Source of the DNA: a virus
IMG/VR virus record: IMGVR_UViG_3300023243_000351
DNA: 64,000 nt
Direction: 5' to 3' (one strand)
The notes below the pieces were generated by a model. The model was not told where the DNA came from. It did no database searches and worked only from the letters and a program-made list of their open reading frames with translations. The position numbers and the translations under genes are program-made. Shown piece by piece: positions 27,599 through 37,119 of the stretch (position 1 is its first letter; each line of letters starts with the position of its first letter).

Positions 27599-28024
27599 TT
27601 ATAGTGTTATACGTTGATCAATAAAGTGTATGTTTTTAATAGCACCATGTGGGTAAAATATAGGCAACATAAACCTTGCTGTTTCATCTAGTCCTTGTAT
27701 GATTGGTACTTCTGCAAAGTCATCGTACAACCGCCCAACAGTGTCTTTTCCTTTAGTAAAAACGCTGTGTGCTTCCACGCCAAAACTAAAATACCAAACA
27801 GTGTGCAATCCCCTATACATTTCTCCAAAGATACTATCGCCTGACAGTTCATAACTACTGTCAATCGGACCGTTGATCTCAAGTGGTTGGGTTCTCAGAC
27901 TGAGAACTTGGATCAGTGTTTCCCAGTTACGCTGTTGGTTACGCACGTGATCGTTGCCGGTACGACTACGTGTTACTCCGGTATTAGTTATGTCGACTAG
28001 TGTAAATCCCGTATAGTACTGCAT
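27599..28024 (-). CDS. Conserved phage protein
   Basis: TLVDITNTG...RNQQRNWETLIQVLSLR...VPIIQGLDET; TATAAATA 5 nt before the ATG. Confidence 0.65.
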   Translation of the reverse strand: MQYYTGFTLVDITNTGVTRSRTGNDHVRNQQRNWETLIQVLSLRTQPLEINGPIDSSYELSGDSIFGEMYRGLHTVWYFSFGVEAHSVFTKGKDTVGRLYDDFAEVPIIQGLDETARFMLPIFYPHGAIKNIHFIDQRITL

Positions 28025-28042
28025 ACAGATATTTATAACAGT

Positions 28043-28390
28043 CTAGGATACAGTAAAACTTGTTCCTTCAGTTACTGTAGTTGTTCCAAGGTTTACCGCA
28101 CCTTTCGATGTTCCGATGGCCTGTATTTGTTGTTGCAAAGGCACAGCATCCAAGCAACTGTGTGCTTCAACACATACATGCACGGTTCCGGTTGCACCAA
28201 CTGAACTAACTGCTAGTAAACCCGGAATGGCTTGCAGTATTGCTTCATACGCTTCATCAGACCCATCGTCTTCGAACCGTAGATCAACGCCCGTGTCAAT
28301 CTTAAAGAAACGTACACTTCCGCCAAAACGGTATAGTGTGTCTGTTGATCCTGCAAATTCGTAGCCCGAACTTCTTGATATTCCTGCCAT
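28043..28390 (-). CDS. Small virion structural protein, paralog 1
   Basis: MAGISRSSG...LQQQIQAIGT; own TAAATA and GGAG; start reassigned. Confidence 0.6.
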   Translation of the reverse strand: MAGISRSSGYEFAGSTDTLYRFGGSVRFFKIDTGVDLRFEDDGSDEAYEAILQAIPGLLAVSSVGATGTVHVCVEAHSCLDAVPLQQQIQAIGTSKGAVNLGTTTVTEGTSFTVS

Positions 28391-28419
28391 AGTGTATATC
28401 TCCACCAATATTTAGCCAC

Positions 28420-28444
28420 AAAAAAAGGTGCCGGAGCACCTTTC
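28420..28444 (-). terminator. Intrinsic terminator
   Basis: AAAAGGTGC-cgga-GCACCTTTT with a U-tract on the minus strand. Confidence 0.8.
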
Positions 28445-28466
28445 TTGTTACTCTTAATTACTATTA

Positions 28467-28811
28467 TTACAAAGCGATGTAAAAGTCTTTTGCTGTTACA
28501 GTTGCTGAAGCTAAGTTAACACTGTCAACAGTACCTAATGCTCTGATTGCCGCTTGTAATGTACCAACTACAACTGCGGCACCACCTTCGGTCATGAAAG
28601 TCTGTTCTGTGTTTGAGTTACCCAATGTACCAGCGGCAAGAATTGTAGCTGTACCCATGATTGTTTCTAAAACTGCTTGTTGTGCGCCTTCTGGTCCAGC
28701 TGAACCATTAATTGCGTTAATATAGTCAATTGTAAAAAACTGTGCTTCTTTACCGATTACTTCATATCCTAGCGTAGTTGCTGTAGGATTTGCTCTTGTT
28801 AAACCTGCCAC
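28467..28811 (-). CDS. Small virion structural protein, paralog 2
   Basis: GTG start (MAGLTRANP) behind AGGAG; LQAAIRALGT. Confidence 0.6.
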   Translation of the reverse strand: MAGLTRANPTATTLGYEVIGKEAQFFTIDYINAINGSAGPEGAQQAVLETIMGTATILAAGTLGNSNTEQTFMTEGGAAVVVGTLQAAIRALGTVDSVNLASATVTAKDFYIAL

Positions 28812-28855
28812 TTTAAATCTCCTAAATAGTATATGCAAGTATTTATTAATAAGCC

Positions 28856-28884
28856 AAAAAAAAGCAGACCGAAGTCTGCTTTTT
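28856..28884 (-). terminator. Intrinsic terminator
   Basis: AAAAAGCAGAC-cgaa-GTCTGCTTTTT; UUCG tetraloop on the minus strand. Confidence 0.85.
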
Positions 28885-28908
28885 GTTTACTGCTGTTAGT
28901 TAAGTTAA

Positions 28909-29340
28909 TTAACTAGCTAGTCTAATACCAACTTTACGAACATCCATTGTGGTTGTGGTCATAGGACCGTTAGCACCAATGTTTGCTGCCAAGTCCGCAC
29001 GTAATGCAGTCTGCATTGCGAGTGCGCTTTCCCATGAACTACGCTCTAGAACAACACTAACTTGTGAGTTAGCGACTGTAGCGCCAAGGTCAACCTGATA
29101 TGCTACCACGGTTGCGTTGTTACTAATTGCGTTCAATACTGTTTCAACAGCACCTGCTGTTCCGTTTGTACCGCGACGTAATTCGCCTGCGATGTTACCA
29201 GCCACAAACTGAATGTTGTATGCGTCAATTGGTGATGCAATACCAGTGTTGATGATTACTGAGTTTGCGTTTTGAACTAGCGAATCGCCAACGTTAACTA
29301 CAACTTGACTATCACCGTGTACTTTTGTTAATCCTGCCAT
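28909..29340 (-). CDS. Small virion structural protein, paralog 3
   Basis: MAGLTKVHG...MQTALRA; TATAAATA (29388-29381) and AGGAG. Confidence 0.6.
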   Translation of the reverse strand: MAGLTKVHGDSQVVVNVGDSLVQNANSVIINTGIASPIDAYNIQFVAGNIAGELRRGTNGTAGAVETVLNAISNNATVVAYQVDLGATVANSQVSVVLERSSWESALAMQTALRADLAANIGANGPMTTTTMDVRKVGIRLAS

Positions 29341-29410
29341 TTTAATTCTCCTAATATTAGTGCGAAATATCGCATGCTAATATTTATACAGATTTAAAAA
29401 AAATTAAGAG

Positions 29411-31258
29411 TTACTTGGCAAAATTTGCGGCGCTGAAGCCGGCGCGATCGACTACTTTAACTAGTCCTTGTGGGGTGGGGAAAACAAAACCTTCGCCTGC
29501 AGGTTTATTGTTTACAAATTGTCCAAATCCTTGGATTTGTGAATCTAACTGATCATGTAGATTTTGTTTGTACTGCAATATAGCACTGAATATGGTATTA
29601 ATTCCGTTGTATCCTGGACTAGCAACGGTCTTACCTTGTGCATCTTTAGCAAATAATAACCCACTATAATCATCACCTACTAAATTTTGATATTGTTTGG
29701 CACTGGTGTTACTTTCCAACCATGTGTAAAGTGGTTGTTTTGTTTGCCCTGTTACAAATTGATTAAAGTAACGTTGTATCTGCTGTATTGTACTTGCAGG
29801 TATTTGTGCCAACAATGCATCTACTGCTGTACCATGCTGTTGTATTGTGGCAGTGGCACGTTTAGCTAACTGTACAGGCTGTTTTAACTCGAAGCGTAGT
29901 CCTGCACTTGGTGTTAACACTGCTACACCACCTGGAACATTTTCAAGGCCTTTACCGTCCCATTGAGTACTGGCACCACCTAGCTCTGAGAACTTTTGAT
30001 GTACTACTATACCACCTATACTATTACCTACTATTTTTCCTAGATTACTGTTAACCGGTATACGATACTCAACGGTATTTGGTTTAAAATTGTATGATCC
30101 ACCCTGCGGGTCTAACTTACCAGAATATAGCAAGTCTCCCCAATAAAACCCAGGACTCTTCGTAGCCGCATCCAACCCTGGCCAAATCTGTGCTAGTTTG
30201 TCGTATAAGTCACCACGCAACCCGCCCGATGCTTTGGTGCTGTCGTACTGCTTCCACTCATCTACATTCTTGGCTAGTACGCCTTTGTTCCACATATACT
30301 TGTCCATTACTGCAAGTTTACCGTCTGCAGGATCTCTACCAAATATAAGTGCAGGGAACCCGTCCCACTTGATAGTTAAATTGTTAGGATTTGCTACTAG
30401 TGCATTAAGTCCTGCTAACTGTTGTTTTGCCGCGGCACTGCCTGAGAATATAGCATCCTCTGGATGCGGAGTACGACCTTTTGTGTTTTCTGTTAGGCTT
30501 TTTACAAAACCAAACTTGCTACTTTCTGCCATGCTGTTGAACCAAGCACCTGTGCCCGGCAGTGGTGCAGACTCTGGTAACTGTATATCTGACTTTTCTA
30601 ATGTTTCTCTTGCTCTGCCAATCAGTTGTTCGTAATTGCTTGACCCTTTAATAGCGGCAACTATATCATCTGCTGAGCTGAGTTTTGCTACAGGAATGCC
30701 AGTTACCTTGCTTAGTGTAGCCGGACTCTTGCCGTTCTCATAAGGTTGGTTGGTATCTCTAAAAACCAATCCGTTTTTATAACTCCACTTTAGATTAGGC
30801 TGTAGTTCAGCAACAATACTGCTTAGTATAATGTGTCTTGCCATACCTGGTAGTACACTGCCTTCACCACTGCCTGCCATAGCAAAGGATTGCCAGGCTG
30901 GGTCATCTGTAAACATCAAATCTGCTTGTGCAAATCCGTTAGCAGAGTTGCCTGCTATAGGTGCTTTAACGTGTACACTATCACCGGACTTTTTGATGTC
31001 TGTTTTAGCAACACCTGCGGCTAATAGTATTTGTACCAGTGTGTCTTTGTCTGTGGTGTTGGCATCTACCTGTAAGTCAAGGTCACCTGATGTGTCTTTT
31101 TTGCCTGTACTTCCCAACCAAGTGTTTGTGGGGAATGGTAGTCCGGAAACTTTTTCAAGCCAGGCTACAGTGGCAGGAATATCCTCACGTTTGATACGTT
31201 GTGTTAAAGGTTGCTTGTCTGCACCTTTAAATATATTTCCGCCTTCGAGTATTATCAT
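29411..31258 (-). CDS. Two-domain protein: Pol-beta-type nucleotidyltransferase plus ligase-like (KxDG) domain
   Basis: LGSTGKKDTSGDLDLQVD and QADLM in the N-half; HPED, TIKWDGFPALIFG, GDLLY, EGFV, KVVDR in the C-half. Confidence 0.6.
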   Translation of the reverse strand: MIILEGGNIFKGADKQPLTQRIKREDIPATVAWLEKVSGLPFPTNTWLGSTGKKDTSGDLDLQVDANTTDKDTLVQILLAAGVAKTDIKKSGDSVHVKAPIAGNSANGFAQADLMFTDDPAWQSFAMAGSGEGSVLPGMARHIILSSIVAELQPNLKWSYKNGLVFRDTNQPYENGKSPATLSKVTGIPVAKLSSADDIVAAIKGSSNYEQLIGRARETLEKSDIQLPESAPLPGTGAWFNSMAESSKFGFVKSLTENTKGRTPHPEDAIFSGSAAAKQQLAGLNALVANPNNLTIKWDGFPALIFGRDPADGKLAVMDKYMWNKGVLAKNVDEWKQYDSTKASGGLRGDLYDKLAQIWPGLDAATKSPGFYWGDLLYSGKLDPQGGSYNFKPNTVEYRIPVNSNLGKIVGNSIGGIVVHQKFSELGGASTQWDGKGLENVPGGVAVLTPSAGLRFELKQPVQLAKRATATIQQHGTAVDALLAQIPASTIQQIQRYFNQFVTGQTKQPLYTWLESNTSAKQYQNLVGDDYSGLLFAKDAQGKTVASPGYNGINTIFSAILQYKQNLHDQLDSQIQGFGQFVNNKPAGEGFVFPTPQGLVKVVDRAGFSAANFAK

Positions 31259-31890
31259 TTTTGGTAACTGGTAATTAACTCGTCTAAGCTGCCATTAGGA
31301 TTGACGTATGCTTTGTAATCGTCACTCCACCATCCTGCAGGTGTAAGGTTAAATCCTACATTCCCTCTGAGTCCTGTTCCGTCTCGCCCTAGTGCTTCCA
31401 TCCACTTGGATAACGGCATTGTCACACTGGCACTGTAGTTGCTTACATGTGGCGGAGTTGCTTTGATATAAACTTCACTAGGGTCTGTATTAGCAAACTT
31501 GTTAGGATCAACATAAACGTCTACGCTATCAATATACTGCCGTTCTGCGTCAGTAATTCTGCCACTTTGTAGTACACCTTGCTTGACCAAGTAATCAACT
31601 TTGCGTTTGATGTTAGCATTAACCTTTTCCATTTCTGTATCAATTGGATCGGATGTTGGGCCAGGTTGCTGTGTGTCTTGTGGTTGGTCAGGTTGCGGTG
31701 TATCTGTGGTTGTATCTGTGGTTGTATCTGTGGTTGTATCTGTGGCTGTATCAGTATCGTCTGCCTCGGGATCTGCCGGGGGTGCGATCCCTCTGTAATT
31801 GGACCACTTGGTAAAATCCGATCCCGAACCAGCGGCAACTCTATTGCGAATTACGTCCATTATTCCTTCAGTTATTTCTTTAATCTTCAT
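31255..31890 (-). CDS. Hypothetical protein with low-complexity T/D/Q linker
   Basis: Start reassigned to MKIKEITEG; (TDTT)n repeat. Confidence 0.6.
   Translation of the reverse strand: MKIKEITEGIMDVIRNRVAAGSGSDFTKWSNYRGIAPPADPEADDTDTATDTTTDTTTDTTTDTPQPDQPQDTQQPGPTSDPIDTEMEKVNANIKRKVDYLVKQGVLQSGRITDAERQYIDSVDVYVDPNKFANTDPSEVYIKATPPHVSNYSASVTMPLSKWMEALGRDGTGLRGNVGFNLTPAGWWSDDYKAYVNPNGSLDELITSYQK
31699..31752. repeat. 12-bp tandem repeat (TGTATCTGTGGT), about four units
   Basis: Directly visible; encodes (TDTT)n. Confidence 0.85.
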
Positions 31891-32131
31891 TCTTAAGTCT
31901 CCGTATTCCGCGAGTAAACTTACTAGCATCCTGTCCCCGAATACTATTCAATAGTCGGCGTTCTAGTTCCAATGCTTTCTCAGGCTCGTAGTTTTCTTTT
32001 ATATAATTAATTAAATTTATAGCACCTTGTATCACGTGGCCTGCACGACTTTCTATCAAGTTAGCACGATCACGTGTAACAGGCATTTCTGCAAGCTCTG
32101 ACAAGATGCTACGAGTTTTCTTTTGCAACAT
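31880..32131 (-). CDS. Conserved small phage protein
   Basis: KKTRSILSEL...IESRAGHVI...ELERRLLNSIRGQDASKFTRGI; TAAATA and GGAG upstream. Confidence 0.65.
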   Translation of the reverse strand: MLQKKTRSILSELAEMPVTRDRANLIESRAGHVIQGAINLINYIKENYEPEKALELERRLLNSIRGQDASKFTRGIRRLKNED

Positions 32132-32171
32132 TTACTCCAAGTTTGTAGTATTTATGTGGGCTACAGTTTAA

Positions 32172-33578
32172 TTAGCCTGCCTTACTTTTAAGTCCAGCTA
32201 ACATTTGTTTTAGTTTTGTGCTGTCTACACCAGCATTTATCTTGGCAGATTCTTGTGGCTGACTAATTGTTGTAACACTGCTGGTGCTTTTTATTTGATC
32301 CATGATAGCTGATGGCTTTTGTCCACCAAATCCACCACTTTCACTTTGTCCTTCTTCACCTGGGTCTGTAATACGCAAGCTCTCTAAGTTAAACTCTAGG
32401 TCAACTTTTTGTCCTACACCACTACTGCTTCTAGTTTTCATCAACTGTATCTGATACCTACCACGTTCACGCATTGCACGACTTGTAAAAATACCAAACA
32501 CATTATCTGCTGTGTTGATCTTACTGATACCACCCGATATGTGGCTGTGGTCAAATTCAATTTCTTCAACAGCACTACGATTCAACTGCGATGCTGTAAT
32601 CATTAATATTTCAAACTCTTTTGCTAGGTTACGCAACTCTTCACTTACATACTTGTCTTTAACAAACAAATCACTTGGTGATACTTTAGCACTAACTGGC
32701 ATAACCAAGTCTAAGTAATCCACCATAATAAAGTCTGCTTTTTTTCCTGTCTGTACTTCTAGTTCTTTTAAGTATGCTCTAATCTGATTAACATTGCTCT
32801 GTGCTGGCATGTACTTGATACGCAAGTTACCTGATTTCTTGCCTACCATACGTATCTTCATTTCGAGTGTGTCAAGGTCCTTGAATATTTCTTTGGTTGC
32901 AACATTAGCAACCATTGCATCCATACGCATAGCACACAGTTCTTCACTAAGTTCCAGTGTTAAAAACACACCGTTAAGTCCTTGACTTATCCAGTTGATA
33001 GCAATGTTCTGCATGAACAAACTTTTACCACTACCACTGCCACCTGCAAAAATGTTTAGCTCGCCTCTGTTCATACCACCAAACAAGCGTCTATCCATAG
33101 TAGGCCAGCCTGTGCTGACTTGTCCGTTGTTATCCTTGATCTTCATAAGCCTTGCTCTAGGATCTTCGAAGTAGTCTGTACCCATGTCCTTGGTAAGACT
33201 GATCTGCACTGCGTCTTTGATCAGTTTTTCAACTGGATCATACTCGCCATTCTCAATCATGTCCGCGGCTTTGAGGATAGCACGTTCGAGTTCGTGCCTG
33301 CGACTAAAGCCTTCAAACTCTACCATGAACCAATCATAGTGTCCTTCACCAACGTCGGGCACTTCTTTAAGATCAACTCCTGTTTGGGCCAGTATCTGTT
33401 CCTTTGTGGGCATAGTTTTATATTCACTACTATGCTCCCTTATAAACTTAGCCGCTTCACGCAGACTTCGATCAAAGTTCTCTTCATTGAAAATGTTCTG
33501 CACACGCACAAATGTTTCTGCGTCCTGCATCATCATTTCTAAAAACAATTTTTGTATTTCTGCTGAATATTCTTTCAT
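32172..33578 (-). CDS. Replicative SF4 DNA helicase (DnaB / T4 gp41-like)
   Basis: STGWPTMD, Walker A GGSGSGKS, TLELSE, VDYLDL, TASQLNR, LMKTR. Confidence 0.93.
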   Translation of the reverse strand: MKEYSAEIQKLFLEMMMQDAETFVRVQNIFNEENFDRSLREAAKFIREHSSEYKTMPTKEQILAQTGVDLKEVPDVGEGHYDWFMVEFEGFSRRHELERAILKAADMIENGEYDPVEKLIKDAVQISLTKDMGTDYFEDPRARLMKIKDNNGQVSTGWPTMDRRLFGGMNRGELNIFAGGSGSGKSLFMQNIAINWISQGLNGVFLTLELSEELCAMRMDAMVANVATKEIFKDLDTLEMKIRMVGKKSGNLRIKYMPAQSNVNQIRAYLKELEVQTGKKADFIMVDYLDLVMPVSAKVSPSDLFVKDKYVSEELRNLAKEFEILMITASQLNRSAVEEIEFDHSHISGGISKINTADNVFGIFTSRAMRERGRYQIQLMKTRSSSGVGQKVDLEFNLESLRITDPGEEGQSESGGFGGQKPSAIMDQIKSTSSVTTISQPQESAKINAGVDSTKLKQMLAGLKSKAG

Positions 33579-33586
33579 ATAGTTAA

Positions 33587-34237
33587 TTATACACTAAAAT
33601 TTTGAAAATTAATATCTTTATTTCCGTCAAGATAGATTACATTGCTGTTAAGTTCGTTTGTGTCCATACCTAATATTGTATCAACGAACACGCCTGTGCT
33701 GGTTTGATTTTGGTCAAGTTCCATTGGATTTATTCCGCAAAAACAAGCATCGCCTGTTCTACTAAAGTTCTTCATTATCAAATAGTTCTGATACTTATTA
33801 CCAATATAGTCTGCATGGTTAATGTTTGTGTGCTGGTACACAAATGCAGACAACATCCAAGCCACTCTGGAGTTTTTATTCAATGATACAGTTTTAATTA
33901 TGTGATATGGTAGTATTACGCTAACAAAATACTGTTGTGTCCAATTCTTTTCTAGTCTCCATGTATCAATTACAGGAACTTCTTGATTAAAGTTGTCATA
34001 GCTTAATGCTGACCCGTTTTGGTTAAACAGTATAAAGTCGATAGTTGGTAACAATCTCAAGAACTTCTCTATAGTGCCTTGATTAACTGTGTTCCAATCG
34101 ATAATATGTTGATATAGATTATCTTGTTCTGCTAGTTTTGTACTTGATAAACTACACACTGTCCAGCCTTTGGCTAGTAGTTGCTGTTGTACAGTTAGTC
34201 CCCACTTGGACCCACATCCTAATAGTAATGCATTCAT
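33587..34237 (-). CDS. Divergent short-chain dehydrogenase/reductase
   Basis: LLLGCGSKWG Rossmann loop, ILFNQN, YIGNK (YxxxK). Confidence 0.6.
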   Translation of the reverse strand: MNALLLGCGSKWGLTVQQQLLAKGWTVCSLSSTKLAEQDNLYQHIIDWNTVNQGTIEKFLRLLPTIDFILFNQNGSALSYDNFNQEVPVIDTWRLEKNWTQQYFVSVILPYHIIKTVSLNKNSRVAWMLSAFVYQHTNINHADYIGNKYQNYLIMKNFSRTGDACFCGINPMELDQNQTSTGVFVDTILGMDTNELNSNVIYLDGNKDINFQNFSV

Positions 34238-35364
34238 AGTTCTGTAAAAATATCTCGCCAGTTCGCACTTATTTTATCTGCGAACGATTCAAAGAATGGT
34301 TCGTAATCTTCTTCTTTTGAATTTTGTAATTCTCCTAAGCAATTATCCAACTGTCCAATTAAGTTTTGATTGCAAGGAAAATTATTTTTGTGGTTAATTA
34401 TTTTTTCTGCACACTTGTCTTTAAGATCCTGCGACAAATTACGGCATTGTATGTTTGTGTGTCCCATAGTAACCTGATTGATCGTGAAATCAGTTATACC
34501 GTATCCGTTATTAAAGAACTGTTGTGTGTCTGTTAAGTAAAGTGCGCTGGCTACAAAAAATACAGAATTGACCCTAATGTCGAAATGTGTGCTCTTAAGG
34601 AATTGTAGATTGTTTAGGAACTTGTGCCAATTTGCGTCACGCCTGATATATTCAAATCTACTACCTGTTGTGTCAGCACTTATGGTTATTAACACATTTT
34701 TAAACTTTAACAGTTCTGTGATCACAGGATTGTTCTGTTCAAACATCATGTTTGTGTTTACTCTAAAAGTGCAGTCAATTGACTTGTCCAGTTGTTTCAG
34801 CAATCGTACGTTGTGTTTAATAAGTGTAGGCTCGCCACCACTGAGATATATTTCTTTCATGTGATGTTGTCTACTTACTATTAAATCAATGATTGTATCA
34901 GCCTGTTCATCTGGCGTATGCTGAATTGGTTTACCTTGTTCTTGTGCAATTGCGCTACTTTGTTTAGCCCAACATGTAACACACTTCAAGTTGCAAGTAC
35001 TACTCCAATGCAAATCAATAGCATTCAATTGAAATGCTGTATTGTCAGAATAATCTACATCTACATCTTTAAACATAGGATTATATAAGTCACGTAAGAA
35101 CTTATATCCTGTATCGCTTTCCTGTAGACTACATGTTCTACAGTTATAATTAGGCAATTCTTTATAAGTATTATTTCGCACATGCTGTGCAGGCCAATCG
35201 TTAACAATGTCTTGGATAGAGTTATTACCTAGACGTCCCAGTTCGTGCTGTCCATTCACACATGTAACAATTCTGCCATCTACCTCTACCTTAACATGAT
35301 TCCACGGTACAGCGCAGAAAGTTTTAGATTGCTTAAACAAATAAAATTTCTTTTTGGGATCCAT
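34234..35364 (-). CDS. Radical SAM protein with N-terminal SPASM/twitch-like Cys cluster
   Basis: CNLKCVTC, SGGEPT; N-terminal FCAVPW...TC...CRTC. Confidence 0.85.
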   Translation of the reverse strand: MDPKKKFYLFKQSKTFCAVPWNHVKVEVDGRIVTCVNGQHELGRLGNNSIQDIVNDWPAQHVRNNTYKELPNYNCRTCSLQESDTGYKFLRDLYNPMFKDVDVDYSDNTAFQLNAIDLHWSSTCNLKCVTCWAKQSSAIAQEQGKPIQHTPDEQADTIIDLIVSRQHHMKEIYLSGGEPTLIKHNVRLLKQLDKSIDCTFRVNTNMMFEQNNPVITELLKFKNVLITISADTTGSRFEYIRRDANWHKFLNNLQFLKSTHFDIRVNSVFFVASALYLTDTQQFFNNGYGITDFTINQVTMGHTNIQCRNLSQDLKDKCAEKIINHKNNFPCNQNLIGQLDNCLGELQNSKEEDYEPFFESFADKISANWRDIFTEL

Positions 35365-36395
35365 TACCTGTACAGTCTCTTCTTCTTTAATTCAATTTTC
35401 AATCTACTTGTTTCTCTTGCTTCTAGTATGCTTTTTAACACAAACAACTTACCATACTTTACTGTTGCTTCGTTTAGATCTTTACAAGTCTCTTGCCATA
35501 CAGGAAAACTCACTGTCCATCCTGCTTCGATTGCACGATCCACTAGCTTTTTTCCTGCACGGTCTGTGTCTGGTACAACTATTACTTCACGTTGTAGCCT
35601 ATCAATTAATTCAACTTGTGTGTCACTTGCTTCACTGCCCTGTATGCTAACACCGTTAACGCTCATTGCATCAAACGGTCCTTCTACCACAACAACAAAC
35701 TTTGAATCTTTGTATTGCTTGTCTAAATTAAACACATAGTCCGAAGGATGATCACTCCAGTACTTGGGTGTCACTGTGTCTTCTAATGCTCTTGCACTGC
35801 TTCCTACCAGTTTGCCTTCATGGTAGTACGGTACTATTATTCTACGATTATAATTGTATGCTTTGGTGTCAGAAAAATAAAACTCATACTTGCTGGTATT
35901 GATTGCCCTGTTGGCCAAGTACTGTACGCCTTGTGTAAGATGGGGAGGAATCAAACAGGTATCATCTTCGATCATTCTTGTCATCCAGGACGTTAAACTT
36001 ACTGCGCCAGCGGGCATCTTTCTGGGCTCAAACTTGATTTCTTCTATTTTGGTTTTTTCAAGTTCTTCAGGTGCTACAAGTTCTTTCAACCTAACAGCAC
36101 TTATAACCAAATGCCTTATTGTTAAGTCCTCGGCACCCAACCAAGATAACAGTTTTCTAAATTTAAAACCTAAATGCCAACCTGGTGTGAATCCTGTGGT
36201 AAAGCCACAGTTAAAACAATGATAAGATATTCCACCTTTGGAATCGGTTTTGACTCCTCCCCTGCCTTTACGATCTGGGGTTTCACCATTGTGTGTACAG
36301 CACACTGCGTTAAATGATATCCATCCTGTTTGCTGGCTTTTTCGATTGTCCGCAGGAATTAGTTGCAACAAGGCTTGCTGAATAGTATCTAACAT
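35364..36395 (-). CDS. DNA primase (Zn finger plus TOPRIM)
   Basis: YHCFNCG; VVEGPFDA; VPDTDRAG; KDLNEA. Confidence 0.9.
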   Translation of the reverse strand: MLDTIQQALLQLIPADNRKSQQTGWISFNAVCCTHNGETPDRKGRGGVKTDSKGGISYHCFNCGFTTGFTPGWHLGFKFRKLLSWLGAEDLTIRHLVISAVRLKELVAPEELEKTKIEEIKFEPRKMPAGAVSLTSWMTRMIEDDTCLIPPHLTQGVQYLANRAINTSKYEFYFSDTKAYNYNRRIIVPYYHEGKLVGSSARALEDTVTPKYWSDHPSDYVFNLDKQYKDSKFVVVVEGPFDAMSVNGVSIQGSEASDTQVELIDRLQREVIVVPDTDRAGKKLVDRAIEAGWTVSFPVWQETCKDLNEATVKYGKLFVLKSILEARETSRLKIELKKKRLYR

Positions 36396-36412
36396 TCAGT
36401 TATTATACAGGA

Positions 36413-37114
36413 TTATCGTACAGTTGCCAAGCCCAATAGGCTAAAAATCTTGATGTACATCCACCCAATATCAAACTCAAACATTCGTGCGCTAAGTTTA
36501 GCACTGGCTGGGTTTTGATGGTGATTGTTGTGTAGCTCTTCGCCGCCAATTAATATACCCCATGGAACAATGTTGTTGCTTTGATCTTTAGTATCAAAGT
36601 TACGATAGCCATAGTAGTGACCTAGTCCATTGATTACACCAGCGGCCCAGAACGGAATCCATATCATTTGGATCGCCCATACTGCCAATCCCCATGGTCC
36701 AAACAAAGCAAGGTCGATAGCTAGCATCAAAAGAATACCTATACGACTGTGTTTGGTATATACCCTGCGTTCCACCCAATCGTCAGGTGTGCCTGCGCCA
36801 TATGCTTCAACCATGGCAAAGTTTTTGCTGGCTTGATGATAGAGTCGCGCACCATCAAACAATACTTTGTGCAATCCGCATATTACAGGGCTGTGCGGAT
36901 CGCCTTCTATGTCTGTGTGCCTGTGATGTTTACGGTGTACTGCTACCCACTGCTTAGTGACCATGCCTGTGGTTAGCCAGAGCCAAAACCGCATCATATG
37001 ACTTACTACAGGATGAAAGGTTACTGATTTATGTGCTTGACTGCGGTGTAAAAACAAGGTTACGCAGGCAATGGTAATATGTGTTACCACAAGTGTAAAG
37101 ATTAATTCTGTCAT
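36413..37114 (-). CDS. Membrane fatty-acid (delta-9-type) desaturase
   Basis: Three His boxes: HRSQAH, HRKHH, HNNHH; GDPHSP; EFDIGW. Confidence 0.92.
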   Translation of the reverse strand: MTELIFTLVVTHITIACVTLFLHRSQAHKSVTFHPVVSHMMRFWLWLTTGMVTKQWVAVHRKHHRHTDIEGDPHSPVICGLHKVLFDGARLYHQASKNFAMVEAYGAGTPDDWVERRVYTKHSRIGILLMLAIDLALFGPWGLAVWAIQMIWIPFWAAGVINGLGHYYGYRNFDTKDQSNNIVPWGILIGGEELHNNHHQNPASAKLSARMFEFDIGWMYIKIFSLLGLATVR

Positions 37115-37119
37115 ATTGT

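Noticed and set aside
31699-31752. 12-bp repeat as a phase-variation switch or origin iterons
   Set aside because: The unit is a multiple of three inside a low-complexity linker, so it changes only linker length.
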